From: an uncultured bacterium
Lineage (GTDB): Bacteria > Desulfobacterota_D > UBA1144 > Nemesobacterales > UBA2774
Direction of reading: 5' to 3'
Assembly: GCA_963825135.1 (NCBI GenBank)
Contig: CAWGRW010000009.1
Coordinates: forward strand, 160,001-224,000
Length of the DNA stretch: 64,000 nucleotides
The position numbers and the translations under genes are program-made. The notes below the pieces were generated by a model that was given only the letters and a program-made list of their open reading frames with translations, was not told where the DNA came from and did no database searches. Shown piece by piece: positions 1 to 10,435 of this stretch. Position 1 is the stretch's first letter. Each line of letters opens with the position of its first letter.

Positions 1-139
1 CGTTGTGTGATCTTGCGATCTCTCCGAACTTTAATAATTCGTCCGTGTCCGCGTGCCTCCGCTCAGGCGGCGCCGGTTCTCCCATGGAAAGAAGCAGCTC
101 CCGGAGTACGCATAAGGAAATCAATGACTTAGGAAGAAT

Positions 140-224
140 TGGTGCGAGAGGGGGGAGTCGAACCCCCACACGGTTAGGTACAGGAGCCTAAGTCCTGCGC
201 GTCTGCCAGTTCCGCCACTCTCGC
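140..224 (-). tRNA. tRNA-Leu(TAG)
   Basis: Reverse complement GCGAGAGTGGCGGAACTGGCAGACGCGCAGGACTTAGGCTCCTG...GGTTCGACTCCCCCCTCTCGCACCA; anticodon arm CAGGA-CT-TAG-GC-TCCTG, long variable arm, encoded CCA. Confidence 0.95.
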
Positions 225-227
225 ATA

Positions 228-304
228 TGGTGGGCTGTGAGGGAATCGAACCCACGGCCCGATGATTAAGAGTCATCTGCTCTGCCAGACTGAGCTAACA
301 GCCC
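228..304 (-). tRNA. tRNA-Lys(CTT)
   Basis: Reverse complement GGGCTGTTAGCTCAG...GATGA-CT-CTT-AA-TCATC...GGTTCGATTCCCTCACAGCCCACCA. Confidence 0.95.
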
Positions 305-402
305 ACACCACAATCAAGAGTACTTAGAATACCTTAAATCAAGATAAATTTGGAGTACGCCGGCAGAGGGCCGGCCTACTTAAATATATACAGAGAGAGT
401 CT

Positions 403-430
403 ATTATAACGACCTTATTCTCAAAATCAA
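403..430 (-). promoter_or_regulatory. Putative sigma70 promoter for the tRNA pair
   Basis: TTGATT-16 nt-TATAAT on the minus strand, ~100 nt upstream of tRNA-Lys. Confidence 0.5.
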
Positions 431-524
431 CGTTTTATATTCTGTAATTATGACTTTGCGGTAAATACAAGTCTTCATTGAGCAGGATATCCGTTATTTT
501 GTTCGGATTCCGTAATTACCATCA

Positions 525-2204
525 TCATACAGGGGTCAGATGAGCCTCTATTATTCGTCTCACCTCTTCAGGGCTCTCGGACAAAAGCACGTCCTTCTGC
601 CACTGAGTGTCCCGGCACATCCGGGCGAGCATCCCCAGGACTTCGACATGGCTCGTCGGCTGCTCGGCGGGCGACAGCATCAGAAACATTATCTTCGCGA
701 CCCTTCCGGTATCCTTGTCCCTTATTCCGGACTTGCCGACTCCGAGCGCGATCACCGGACTGGTTATTCCATCTATACGGGCGTGCGGCATCAGAATCTC
801 CTCTCCCGCGAACGTGCCCCCTTGCCTCTCCCGCTCCATGAGAGCAGCCCAGGCCGAATCCTTTATCTTGGGGAAATCGCCGCAGCAGGCGCCTAAAAGC
901 TCTTTCATCGCATCCTCCTTATCGATGGGCTTCTTCCATACGGCGACTTTAATGTCGGAAAGCGGAGACTCGGGAATAACCGGGATAACCTCCTTATCCC
1001 AATCCGTCTCCAGGGGTTCGGGGATGGGTTGCCTGTACGTACCGTCGTCGCGGATCGCCCCCGTGTCGATCACGACTATATTTATCCCCTCGCTCTCCGT
1101 TATCAGCCGCTCGACGATGCTTACCTGACCGAGGAGCCTCCTCCAGAGGGGGTATTTCCCCCTTGTAGAGCCCACGACGATGTGCCCGACTCTGTATTCC
1201 TTGGCGAACTGGAGTATGGTCTTCACGACGTCGTCACCCTTGTATGTGAACACAGTGGCGCCCAGCTGCTGCGCGAGCGCGAGGGTGTTCGACAGGATAC
1301 GCTGCGTCTCCGCGTCTATCATCGTCGGCCTCTCGCCCGATGTCTGCACATAGAGCGCGTACCAGTTCCTGTTGAGCCTTCCCGCGAGGCGGGACGTGTA
1401 GCGCAGGAGCGCCTCGCTGTTCGGTCCCCTCGAGCTCATACAAACCATCACCTGGTCCGGGCTCGACGGGGTCTCCCCTTCAGTGGATTCCCTTCTGCGG
1501 GAATCGATCTGCGCGGCGAGCTCTCTCAGCGTGAGCTCGCGGAGCTGCTCGAGGTTCGTCTGCGTGAAGAAATGCTCGAGCGCGGTATCTATCCTCTCCT
1601 TCGTGTATACCTTCCCTTCGGCGAGCCGCTGGCGGAGGTCCTCCGTTGTGACGTCCACATTCACGAGCTGGTCCGCTTCGGCGACGACGCGGTCAGGGAT
1701 ACGCTCTCTCACTCTCACGCCCGTCGCGCGCTCTATGGTCTCGTAAAGGCTTTCGAGGTGCTGCACGTTGAGTGTGGAGATTACGTGAATCCCGGCAGAT
1801 AGTATATCCTCCACGTCCTGATAACGCTTGGCGTTCCTGCTCCCGGGGACGTTAGTGTGCGCAAGCTCGTCCACGAGCACGACTTCGGGGCGGCGGTCGA
1901 GAATTGCGTTCAGGTCCATCTCTCCGATCTCTATCCCCCTGTAGCTGGTCTTTCTCCGCGGAATAAGTTCGAGGCCTCCGAGAAGAGCCTCCGTCTCCTT
2001 CCTGCCGTGCGTCTCGACGAGCCCGACCACTACGTCTATGCCGCCCTCTTTCAGGCGGCGGCCTTCGAGAAGCATCTCGTACGTCTTGCCGACGCCGGCC
2101 GAGTATCCGAGGTAGATTTTTAGCTTGCCGCGCTGAGACCTGCGTATCATTCGGAGGAAGCTGTCCGCGCGGTTACCGCTCACTCGATCGATCGATTCTC
2201 CCAT
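525..2204 (-). CDS. kdpD: Cytoplasmic KdpD sensor domain + USP domain + C-terminal PTS EIIA-like domain (no TM or kinase domains)
   Basis: GKLKIYLGYSAGVGKTYEML, LVDELAHTN and TLNVQHLESL KdpD motifs; USP-like middle; C-terminal ERERQGGT..EILMPHAR..FLMLSP..H EIIA type-2 pattern. Confidence 0.85.
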   Translation of the reverse strand: MGESIDRVSGNRADSFLRMIRRSQRGKLKIYLGYSAGVGKTYEMLLEGRRLKEGGIDVVVGLVETHGRKETEALLGGLELIPRRKTSYRGIEIGEMDLNAILDRRPEVVLVDELAHTNVPGSRNAKRYQDVEDILSAGIHVISTLNVQHLESLYETIERATGVRVRERIPDRVVAEADQLVNVDVTTEDLRQRLAEGKVYTKERIDTALEHFFTQTNLEQLRELTLRELAAQIDSRRRESTEGETPSSPDQVMVCMSSRGPNSEALLRYTSRLAGRLNRNWYALYVQTSGERPTMIDAETQRILSNTLALAQQLGATVFTYKGDDVVKTILQFAKEYRVGHIVVGSTRGKYPLWRRLLGQVSIVERLITESEGINIVVIDTGAIRDDGTYRQPIPEPLETDWDKEVIPVIPESPLSDIKVAVWKKPIDKEDAMKELLGACCGDFPKIKDSAWAALMERERQGGTFAGEEILMPHARIDGITSPVIALGVGKSGIRDKDTGRVAKIMFLMLSPAEQPTSHVEVLGMLARMCRDTQWQKDVLLSESPEEVRRIIEAHLTPV

Positions 2205-2225
2205 AATTTTCTCTTTGCCGCACCG

Positions 2226-2813
2226 TCAATGAACTGTCTTATCGAGCTCGATATTCAAGAGCAGCACGTTCACGAGCGGCTCGGGCGTGAGCACCCCGCC
2301 GGTCTTCAAGGCATGGTTTTCGATGATGCCCATTACTTCCTCTTCCGAGAGGCCGCGCGCCTTTGCCACCCGTTTCGCCTGATACCTCGCAGCTTCGAGA
2401 GTTATATGCGGGTCGAGCCCGCCGCCGGACGCCGTCACAAGGTCAGCCGGTATAGGGTTGTCCGCCGTAGTCCCCTCGAGACCGATTATCTCCAGAGCCC
2501 TCTCGCGGACCTTGGGATTGGTCGGTGAGAGGTTGCTTCCGCCTGCCCCCGCGGCGTTGTAATCTACCGCGGAAGGTCTCGGCCAGAAATACTCCGGTCG
2601 TGTAAACTTCTGAGCGATAAGCTCGCTCCCGATTACTTTACCCTGTGCGTCCGTTACGAGCGAGCCTTCAGCCGTATGCGGCGTAAGGGCCTGGCCGATT
2701 GCGAATATCAGAAGCGTGTACAGAGCACAGCAGACGGCCATCGTGAAAATCACGACCCTTATTGAGGTAACAAGCTGCCGGGCCACTCCGAGATTTTCTT
2801 TATCTTCTTTCAT
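2226..2813 (-). CDS. kdpC: K+-transporting ATPase subunit C
   Basis: GSELIAQKF, YFWPRPSA, GGSNL, PADLVTASGGGLDPHI. Confidence 0.95.
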   Translation of the reverse strand: MKEDKENLGVARQLVTSIRVVIFTMAVCCALYTLLIFAIGQALTPHTAEGSLVTDAQGKVIGSELIAQKFTRPEYFWPRPSAVDYNAAGAGGSNLSPTNPKVRERALEIIGLEGTTADNPIPADLVTASGGGLDPHITLEAARYQAKRVAKARGLSEEEVMGIIENHALKTGGVLTPEPLVNVLLLNIELDKTVH

Positions 2814-2824
2814 AGTTGCGCCTC

Positions 2825-4900
2825 CTAAAAGAGCCCCGTGATGCTGAGAGCCATGTCGATTAATTTTATCCCGATAAAAGGCACGATGACCCCTCCGATG
2901 CCGTATACGAGGAGGTTCTTTCTCAGGAGAGTCTCCGCTCCGACAGGCCTGTATTTAACCCCCCTTATAGCGAGCGGTATCAGGATCGGTATAACGATCG
3001 CGTTAAAGATCAGCGCAGACAGAATTGCGCTCTCGGGAGTACGCAGGCCCATGATGTTGAGCGCTGTGAGCCCCGGTATCGCCAGTATAAAGATAGCGGG
3101 GATGATCGCGAAATATTTTGCCACGTCGTTGGCGATGGAGAAGGTCGTTATCGCCCCCCTCGTTATCAGTAGCTGCTTTCCGATCTCTATCACCTCGATG
3201 AGCTTCGTTGGGTCGCTGTCGAGGTCGACCATGTTGCCCGCTTCCTTCGCGGCCTGGGTGCCGGAGTTCATGGCGACGCCTATGTCCGCCTGTGCCAGCG
3301 CGGGCGCGTCGTTCGTCCCGTCCCCCATCATGGCGACGAGCCTCCCGGAACGCTGCTCCCGGCGTATGTATTCGAGCTTATCCTCGGGCTTGGCTTCGGC
3401 GATGAAATCAGATACCCCCGCCTCATGCGCAATCGCCGCTGCCGTAAGCGGGTTATCGCCCGTCACCATGACGACCCGAAGCCCCATTGCACAGAGCCTG
3501 AAGATACGGTCCCTTATACCCGGCTTGAGCACGTCGGAAAGCGATATGACCCCGAGAATTTCCTTCCCCTCGGCGACAGCTATCGGCGTGCTCCCCCCCT
3601 TCGCTACCCCGTCCACTATACCCTGATAGGATTCGGGGACCGAGCCCCCGGCATCTATCACAAAAGTCCTGATGGCGTCGGGGGCCCCCTTCCTGAAACG
3701 CCGCCCGTCCCCGGCATCGAGCCCGCTGAGACGGGTCTGCGCGGTGAAGGGGATGATCTCGCCCAAAGTCTCTCCGGGAGCCATGCTCCCCAGCGTTTCC
3801 GCGCCGAGTCTCACTATAGACTTTCCTTCGGGAGTGAGGTCACCGAAGGACGCGTACATCGCGGCTGCGGCAATGCTCTCGCGCGTAACGTTCGGGATGG
3901 GGAAATACTCGGTCGCCTGGCGGTCGCCGATAGTTATCGTGCCCGTCTTGTCGAGAAGAAGCGTGTCGATGTCCCCCGCGAGCTCTACCGCCTTTCCGCT
4001 CTTGGCCAGCACGTTGGCCGAGAGCGCCCTGTCCATTCCCGCAAGCCCGATCGCGGCCAACAGAGCGCCGATCGTCGTCGGTATCAGGCATACGAGCAGC
4101 GCGACGAGAGTGGGGATCGGAATCACGACGCCGAAATATTTACCAATCGGATAGAGCGCTCCCGTCACCATAAGGAAGGCAAGAGTCAGCCCGGCAAGAG
4201 TCACCGTAAGCGCAAGCTCGTTCGGAGTCTTCTGGCGCACAGCGCCCTCCACGAGCGCTATCATGCGGTCGAGGAACGATTCGCCAGCGCCCGCGGTGAT
4301 GCGCACCTTTATGAAGTCCGACAGGACGCGAGTGCCGCCTGTAACTCCCGAGCGGTCGCCGCCGGCTTCCCTCACTACGGGAGCGGATTCTCCCGTGATG
4401 GCGGATTCGTCCACGCTGGCGACGCCCTCTATCACCTCGCCGTCGTTCGGTATGACTTCCCCGACCGACACGTACACGATGTCCCCTTGCCTGAGCTCAT
4501 CCGAGCTCACCTCTTCCGTACGCCCGTTCACGATCCTCCGCGCAAGCGTCTTCCGCCTCGTCTTCTTCAGCGTATCAGCCTGCGCCTTCCCCCTCGCCTC
4601 TGCGAGAGCCTCTGCGAAGTTCGCGAAGAGAACGGTCAGCCAGAGTATCAATGTCACCCATAGGGTGTAGAAAACGGCTTTGCTGCCGCTGGAGATATTC
4701 ATAACCAGCACGAGAGTGGTCACAGCCGCCCCTATCTCGGTCACGAACATTACAGGGTTACGAGCCATCGTGACGGGATTCAGCATTAAAAAGGACTTTT
4801 TCACCGCAGCCGCCACAAGCTCACTTTCGAATAGGGAGGCCTTGCGGACCTTCCTTCTCTCGAGCTTTGCTAGTTCATTTACGTGTTGTGTATCAGTCAT
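2825..4900 (-). CDS. kdpB: K+-transporting P-type ATPase subunit B
   Basis: [31 protein letters not shown]. Confidence 0.97.
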   Translation of the reverse strand: MTDTQHVNELAKLERRKVRKASLFESELVAAAVKKSFLMLNPVTMARNPVMFVTEIGAAVTTLVLVMNISSGSKAVFYTLWVTLILWLTVLFANFAEALAEARGKAQADTLKKTRRKTLARRIVNGRTEEVSSDELRQGDIVYVSVGEVIPNDGEVIEGVASVDESAITGESAPVVREAGGDRSGVTGGTRVLSDFIKVRITAGAGESFLDRMIALVEGAVRQKTPNELALTVTLAGLTLAFLMVTGALYPIGKYFGVVIPIPTLVALLVCLIPTTIGALLAAIGLAGMDRALSANVLAKSGKAVELAGDIDTLLLDKTGTITIGDRQATEYFPIPNVTRESIAAAAMYASFGDLTPEGKSIVRLGAETLGSMAPGETLGEIIPFTAQTRLSGLDAGDGRRFRKGAPDAIRTFVIDAGGSVPESYQGIVDGVAKGGSTPIAVAEGKEILGVISLSDVLKPGIRDRIFRLCAMGLRVVMVTGDNPLTAAAIAHEAGVSDFIAEAKPEDKLEYIRREQRSGRLVAMMGDGTNDAPALAQADIGVAMNSGTQAAKEAGNMVDLDSDPTKLIEVIEIGKQLLITRGAITTFSIANDVAKYFAIIPAIFILAIPGLTALNIMGLRTPESAILSALIFNAIVIPILIPLAIRGVKYRPVGAETLLRKNLLVYGIGGVIVPFIGIKLIDMALSITGLF

Positions 4901-4941
4901 AGTTTCAGTTCCTCTCTTATTACTGTAAGGTGTCTCACGAT

Positions 4942-6624
4942 TTACTTATACATAGCCGCCGACGTGACTTGCTCGTTAATAGGCCCGAGCACCGCGACCG
5001 GCATGAACAAAAGCGCCCCGATCAGGATAACGGTCCCGAGGATCACGAATCCGAATAAAAGAGTATCAGTTCGCAGCGTACCCGTAGTCTCGGGTGACGG
5101 TTTCTTCACGGCAAGAGACCCCGCTATAGCGAGCGGCAGTACTATCGGTATGAACCGCGCGAAGAGCATGACGAGGCCCGTCGCGACGTTCCAGGGTATA
5201 GTACCGTCTCCCAGTCCCTCGAACCCGGAGCCGTTGTTCGCGGCGGCAGAGCTGAACTCATACAAAATCTCCGAGAAGCCGTGAGCGCCGGGATTGAGAA
5301 CCGTCGCAGCACCCCACGCGGTCGCGGAGAAAAGAGCCGCGCCGAGGAGGATAAAGAAAGGATGTGCGAGCAGAGCGAGAAGCGCGAGCTTCATCTCCCT
5401 CGTCTCCACCTTCTTCGTGAGGTATTCGGGCGTCCTCCCCACCATCATACCGCATATGAATACGCCTACAATGATATAGATGAACATGTTGATGAACCCG
5501 ACGCCTACGCCTCCGAAGGTCACGTTCAGCCACATGCCCGTGAGCGGGACAAGCCCGGTGAGGGGGTTAAGGCTGTCGTGCATCGCGTCGACGGAGCCGT
5601 TGCTCGTAGCCGTCGTCATCGTAGCCCAGAGGGGCCCCGCAGTGGTGCCGAAACGGAGCTCCTTACCCTCGAGGTTCATCGAATGCTCGACCGGGAGTCC
5701 CGTAAAGGCCGCAGTCGGGGCGCTCTCGAAATAGACAGCCAGACTGACGGTGCCGATGAGGATCGCCGCCATTGCCGCAAAAATCACGGCCGCGTGACGG
5801 ATCCTCCTGGTTATCCTGCCGAACATCCAGACAGAGGACATCGCTATAAGCACTATGCTGACGCATTCGACTATGTTGGTGAAAAATGTCGGGTTCTCGA
5901 AAGGATGAGCCGAGTTCGGACCGAACCAGCCTCCGCCGTTCGTCCCAATCTGCTTGATGGCGGCGAACGCCGCCACCGGGCCCCGAGCGATCGTCTGCGC
6001 AACGCCTTCGAGCGTTTCCGCAGCCGCAGCGCCGTGGAAGGTCATCGGTGTGCCGCCCAATACCAGGAGCGCCGCTACGACTACCGCAATCGGCAGAAGA
6101 ACGAGCAACGTGGCGTTAAGTAAGTCTTTGTAGAAGTTCCCGAGCTTCGGTTTTCCCGAAAGCCCCCTCGAAAGCGCCGCGAGCGCCGCGATGCCTGTCG
6201 CGGCGGAGACGAACTGGAGCCACATGAGTGCGAAGAGCTGCGAGAGATAGCTCATCGAGACCTCGCCCGAATAATGCTGGAGGTTCGTGTTCGTCGTGAA
6301 AGAAGCCGCGGTATTGAATATGGTGCTAGGCTCGAGCGCTCCCTTTGCGTCCGGGTTTAAGGGCAGGTACTGCTGAGCCGCCATGATCGCAAATACGACC
6401 ACGAACATCACAGCATTGAACAGCAACAAAGAAAGCGAGTACCGCTTCCAGTCCTGCTCCTTATCGATAAAGCCCCCGCAGACATTCCGGAATAGCTTTG
6501 TGAAGCGCCCCCTCCACCCTTTTTCAGGGTCGCGCGGGTCCATAGACCACGTCATGGCCTTTCCCAAAGGCCATGAAAGAAGGGCGGGAATCGCCAGAAC
6601 AATAATTATAAACAGCAGTGACAT
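4942..6624 (-). CDS. kdpA: K+-transporting ATPase subunit A
   Basis: [32 protein letters not shown] selectivity-loop motifs. Confidence 0.97.
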   Translation of the reverse strand: MSLLFIIIVLAIPALLSWPLGKAMTWSMDPRDPEKGWRGRFTKLFRNVCGGFIDKEQDWKRYSLSLLLFNAVMFVVVFAIMAAQQYLPLNPDAKGALEPSTIFNTAASFTTNTNLQHYSGEVSMSYLSQLFALMWLQFVSAATGIAALAALSRGLSGKPKLGNFYKDLLNATLLVLLPIAVVVAALLVLGGTPMTFHGAAAAETLEGVAQTIARGPVAAFAAIKQIGTNGGGWFGPNSAHPFENPTFFTNIVECVSIVLIAMSSVWMFGRITRRIRHAAVIFAAMAAILIGTVSLAVYFESAPTAAFTGLPVEHSMNLEGKELRFGTTAGPLWATMTTATSNGSVDAMHDSLNPLTGLVPLTGMWLNVTFGGVGVGFINMFIYIIVGVFICGMMVGRTPEYLTKKVETREMKLALLALLAHPFFILLGAALFSATAWGAATVLNPGAHGFSEILYEFSSAAANNGSGFEGLGDGTIPWNVATGLVMLFARFIPIVLPLAIAGSLAVKKPSPETTGTLRTDTLLFGFVILGTVILIGALLFMPVAVLGPINEQVTSAAMYK

Positions 6625-6636
6625 ATCGTATCTCCT

Positions 6637-6717
6637 CTAAAAGCGCTCAGGATCAATAATCGCGTAAACCAGGTAAAAAAAACAGAAAATCAGAACAATC
6701 GACGCTATCCACAGCAT
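6637..6717 (-). CDS. kdpF: KdpF small subunit (26 aa; not in ORF track)
   Basis: MLWIASIVLIFCFFYLVYAIIDPERF ends in the KdpF YL.YA...PERF signature; AGGAGG RBS; directly upstream of kdpA. Confidence 0.9.
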   Translation of the reverse strand: MLWIASIVLIFCFFYLVYAIIDPERF

Positions 6718-6726
6718 TTGAGCCTC

Positions 6727-6810
6727 CTATATTTTTTCCAAAAAGACCGTCATTATTCCCAGCAGGATAAAAACTATCAAGCCAAGAGCCAGCATTATAA
6801 ACATCAGCAT
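6727..6810 (-). CDS. Second small hydrophobic peptide upstream of kdpF (27 aa; not in ORF track)
   Basis: MLMFIMLALGLIVFILLGIMTVFLEKI; GGAGG RBS; its stop overlaps the kdpF RBS. Confidence 0.7.
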   Translation of the reverse strand: MLMFIMLALGLIVFILLGIMTVFLEKI

Positions 6811-6824
6811 TTTCTTATGCCTCC

Positions 6825-8678
6825 TCAAGCGTGGTGAATTCGTAATTCAGTTAAATGCCGTTCCATCGGCAGCGTGAACTCGAACGAGGAACCTTTCCCC
6901 CGTTCACTTTTCACGCCGACGACCCCCCCGTGCGCCTCTACTATCTCCTTCACTATCGCCAGACCGAGGCCCACTCCCGACTTCTCGTCCTGCCCGGGAA
7001 CACGGTAGAACTGCTCGAACAGTCTCGTGATGTGTTCGGGCGGAATACCTTCCCCGGTATCTTCAACCGAGAAGCGTATAAAGTCGTCTTCGTGCTCCGC
7101 CCGCACTATCACTACACCGCCGGGCTTGGTGAACCTCAGCGAGTTGGAAATAAGATTGGCGAACACGTGGCGTATTCTGAAAAGATCAGCCGGAATCTCA
7201 GGAAAGTCCTCCGGGACTCCGTTTATGATTGTCACACCTTTATCTTTCGCCTCCGTGAGGAACGGCTCTATGCCCTCCCTCGCGAGCGTATGCGGCGAAT
7301 AATTCCCGACATCGAGGTTCGTCTTTCCCGACTCCATTCTGTTTAAATCGAGCAGGTCGCTGAGTATGTTCACGAGTCTCTCGCTGTCCTCCCTCGCCGC
7401 GATCAAGAGGTCCGTCTGTTCCTTGTTGAGTGAACCCACTTTCTCTTCGAGCAGCAGGTAAACGGACATGCGGAGCGACGTCAGCGGGGTTTTCAGCTGA
7501 TGGGACACGGTTGAGACGACACCCCTCTTGAGCTCCTCCTGCTCATGCACCTGAGTAACATCACTCAGGATTATCGCGGACCCCGTATGTTCGCCCGACT
7601 TGGGCTTGATCGGGATAGGCACCGCAATGGGCCTGAAGAAATACTCGCGGCCATCGGCGAAACGCTGTACATCACCGTTTCCGGATTCCATCTTCACAAC
7701 CCTGTCCTCAGCGAGCGCTCTGCCTATCAGACCGGTCATCCATTCGTATCCGATGTCTTTAACAATAACACCCGGCATCAGCCCGAACATACGCTGAGCG
7801 GTGTCCGTCGACACCTCCACCCGCCCTTCCGCATCGAGAACGGCGATCGCGTCAGGCAGGGCCTTCACGACCTCTTCCATGGCCCTCCGCATCCGTATGA
7901 GGTTGAGCCTGTCGCTCTTCCTCACCTGCCTGAGTGCCGAAGTCATTTCGTTGAACGACTGCGAGAGCTTTCCTATCTCGTCGCGGGAGCTCGACTCTAT
8001 GACCAGGTCGAGGTTGCCGCGGCGTATTTCATCGGTCGATTCGATGAGCCTGTTTATCGGCCTCAATATCCAAGCGTGAGTCAGGTAGCTGAAGAGGACG
8101 GCAATAACGGCGGATGCTATGATTGCCGAAAGCATCTGTCTGTATGTGGAGGAGGCGAGCGCCCTCGCTTCGTCGTTCGCGTCGCTCATGCTCTTCTGAT
8201 TCATTAATAGAATTTCGTGCGCGAGTGTTTTAATCTTCTGGAAGAGAGGCAGGAGTTTCGAAAAGTAAGCCTCGTTCCGCGACTGAAAAGGCCGGGAGGC
8301 ATCCGTGACTAGCTGAATGCTATTTGTATATTCCCCGAAAAGCTTTTCAATCTCGCGGGTCTTTTCCCCCTCTCCGGGAAGCGTAATATTTCCGAACTCG
8401 GCCTTGAGAGCGGCCCTGAATTTTATCTTGTTATCGTTTATCAGGGTAATCCCCTCTTTATTGTTCCCCGCAAGAGTGAACAGGACGCCGCTGTCGATCC
8501 GCTCGAGCGTCTCTTTCATGTCCTGACAGGCGACAACGCTCAGATAGTTCTCCTTGAGTATTACGTCCACCGCATAACCGAGTTCCTTTATGCGCGACAT
8601 TGTGAGCAGCCCGATCACCACGACTATAGCTAGCAGTCCCCCGAACCCGAGGGCGAGTTTCTGGCGTATGCCTATCAT
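6825..8678 (-). CDS. Membrane sensor histidine kinase (2 TM, HAMP, PAS-like, HisKA, HATPase)
   Basis: SHQLKTPLTS H-box, NLISNS, DTGEGI, GVGLGL; start placed at MIGIRQKL downstream of the sigma54 promoter. Confidence 0.9.
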   Translation of the reverse strand: MIGIRQKLALGFGGLLAIVVVIGLLTMSRIKELGYAVDVILKENYLSVVACQDMKETLERIDSGVLFTLAGNNKEGITLINDNKIKFRAALKAEFGNITLPGEGEKTREIEKLFGEYTNSIQLVTDASRPFQSRNEAYFSKLLPLFQKIKTLAHEILLMNQKSMSDANDEARALASSTYRQMLSAIIASAVIAVLFSYLTHAWILRPINRLIESTDEIRRGNLDLVIESSSRDEIGKLSQSFNEMTSALRQVRKSDRLNLIRMRRAMEEVVKALPDAIAVLDAEGRVEVSTDTAQRMFGLMPGVIVKDIGYEWMTGLIGRALAEDRVVKMESGNGDVQRFADGREYFFRPIAVPIPIKPKSGEHTGSAIILSDVTQVHEQEELKRGVVSTVSHQLKTPLTSLRMSVYLLLEEKVGSLNKEQTDLLIAAREDSERLVNILSDLLDLNRMESGKTNLDVGNYSPHTLAREGIEPFLTEAKDKGVTIINGVPEDFPEIPADLFRIRHVFANLISNSLRFTKPGGVVIVRAEHEDDFIRFSVEDTGEGIPPEHITRLFEQFYRVPGQDEKSGVGLGLAIVKEIVEAHGGVVGVKSERGKGSSFEFTLPMERHLTELRIHHA

Positions 8679-8698
8679 AGATTTAATTGAGATCATAT

Positions 8699-8715
8699 TG
8701 CAAGAGTCGTACCCG
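8699..8715 (-). promoter_or_regulatory. Sigma54 -24/-12 promoter for the kinase-kdp transcript
   Basis: GG-TACGACTCTT-GCA (GG-N10-GC) on the minus strand. Confidence 0.7.
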
Positions 8716-8767
8716 GTCTTTGTGATCAAATTCTACAATTATATAAGGTAGTTATATTCGGCCAGCC

Positions 8768-8812
8768 TTGCAATACCCAACACGGAGGGCGATTAATAAT
8801 TGCATTATGCAA
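8768..8812. promoter_or_regulatory. Paired enhancer (UAS) palindromes
   Basis: TTGCAATACCCAA (8768-8780) and perfect TTGCATTATGCAA (8800-8812), 32 bp apart start-to-start. Confidence 0.65.
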
Positions 8813-8838
8813 GGCAGATGGGCGAAAATCGGGCCCGG

Positions 8839-10197
8839 TCATACGCCGTACTGCTTGCGCTTCCGCCATAGAGTCGCCTGGTCGATTCCGAGAATTTCAG
8901 AAGCCTCCTGCAGTGTCTTCGTACCGGCGATGACGCGCCTTATATGGTTTTCCTCAATCACGCTTAACGGCAGGAGGTCTCCGAGTCCGGGCGCGGTCTC
9001 GCGCGGAGAGATGGAAGCCGGCAGATGCGCCATGCTTACCATATCGCCCTGGCAGATTATAGCGGCCCGCTCGATTACGTTCCGGAGCTCTCTGATGTTG
9101 CCAGGCCAGGAATAATTCCTGAGGGCCTGCATCGCCTCCGGAGTAAACCCCATCAGGAGCTTGTGGTTCTGCGCGCCGAAAAAAGAAAGCATGCCCAACG
9201 CAAGCTTCTCCACGTCGTCGGGACGCTCTGATAGCCGGGGCAGGGTGATTTCTATAACGTTCAGCCTGTAGTAGAGGTCTTCCCGGAACCTTCCCTCTCT
9301 CACCGCTTCTTCCAGGTCGGTATTCGTCGCGGATATTATCCGCACGTCGGCTTTTCTCGTCTTCTGGTCGCCGACGCTCTCGTATTCCCTGTCGTTCAGA
9401 AAACGGAGCAGCTTCGGCTGGAGGTTTAGGGGCAGGTCCCCTATCTCGTCCAGAAACAGAGTACCCCCTTCACACGCAGCTATCCTTCCGGGGTTATAGG
9501 ATACGGCCCCCGTGAACGCCCCTCTCGCATGTCCGAAGAGCTCGCTTTCGAGGAGCTCGGGGCCGAGCATAGGACATGAAATTACGCCGAACGGCTTGTC
9601 CGCCCTCTTGCTCCAGCCGTGAATGGCTCGCGCAAGGACGGTTTTTCCCGTCCCGCTCGGTCCTTTAATCATTACGGCTGCTTCGCTCGGCGCGGCCATG
9701 CGGGCGAGCTCAAGCGCGCGCTGCATACCGGGATGTCCGGACTCGAAAGAGATACCGGGGCTGAGCTTATTGATATCCTCCTCGAGCGCTTTTATCCGCC
9801 GCTCCATGCTCCTCACTGAAGCCGTGCGTTCGGTCACAATATCGACCTGCTCCGGGGTAAACGGTTTGGGTATGTAATCGGCGGCCCCTCTCTTCATCGC
9901 CTCCACCGCGGTCTCTATAGATGCGTAAGCCGTAACAACCACAATTTTGATCCAGGGGCATGCCGCAAGGAGCACGGGGATGAGGTCGAGGCCGTCCTCC
10001 GTTCCGAGCCTGAGATCGACGAACGCGAGGTCGAACACGCGCCTGCCGGCCTCGGATACTGCGTCCCCGGCGTTGCTGACGGCCGTGACCGTATGGCCCC
10101 GCGATTCGAGACACACTGTGAGTGTCTTTCTTATATTCGCCTCGTCGTCAACGACAAGAACGTTAAGCCGAGGCGCTCCGCCTCTGTCTTCCTTCAT
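8839..10197 (-). CDS. NtrC-family sigma54-dependent response regulator
   Basis: REC (VVDDE, FVDL, KPF), AAA+ GPSGTGKT, ESELFGH..GAFTGA, FLDEIGD, WPGNIREL, Fis-type HTH; start set at MKEDRGG with GGAGA RBS. Confidence 0.93.
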   Translation of the reverse strand: MKEDRGGAPRLNVLVVDDEANIRKTLTVCLESRGHTVTAVSNAGDAVSEAGRRVFDLAFVDLRLGTEDGLDLIPVLLAACPWIKIVVVTAYASIETAVEAMKRGAADYIPKPFTPEQVDIVTERTASVRSMERRIKALEEDINKLSPGISFESGHPGMQRALELARMAAPSEAAVMIKGPSGTGKTVLARAIHGWSKRADKPFGVISCPMLGPELLESELFGHARGAFTGAVSYNPGRIAACEGGTLFLDEIGDLPLNLQPKLLRFLNDREYESVGDQKTRKADVRIISATNTDLEEAVREGRFREDLYYRLNVIEITLPRLSERPDDVEKLALGMLSFFGAQNHKLLMGFTPEAMQALRNYSWPGNIRELRNVIERAAIICQGDMVSMAHLPASISPRETAPGLGDLLPLSVIEENHIRRVIAGTKTLQEASEILGIDQATLWRKRKQYGV

Positions 10198-10292
10198 AGT
10201 ATCTCCCGCCACCGAAAATAATATACTGTCCCCCGTGCGGAAGGGAACCCCTCCGCAGCCGATCCCCCCCCGGGGCCCGGTCTCGTTTACAT

Positions 10293-10337
10293 TTGCAATC
10301 CGCAACGGCTCTTCGGCGCATGTATTGTAATTTACAA
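10293..10337. promoter_or_regulatory. Paired enhancer (UAS) palindromes
   Basis: TTGCAATCCGCAA (10293-10305) and TTGTAATTTACAA (10325-10337), 32 bp apart. Confidence 0.65.
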
Positions 10338-10390
10338 GACCGCGCGAATCTAATTATCCGACATGCTTATATTATATATTGAAGCATATC

Positions 10391-10406
10391 AGGCACGCCC
10401 CTTGCA
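10391..10406 (+). promoter_or_regulatory. Sigma54 -24/-12 promoter for the hemerythrin-like gene
   Basis: AGG-CACGCCCCTT-GCA, near-consensus TGGCACG-N4-TTGC. Confidence 0.8.
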
Positions 10407-10435
10407 ACTAAATATGACATACAAAGGAGGTCGTC

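Noticed and set aside
3..191. 62-aa ORF
   Set aside because: Overlaps tRNA-Leu on the opposite strand; no coding evidence
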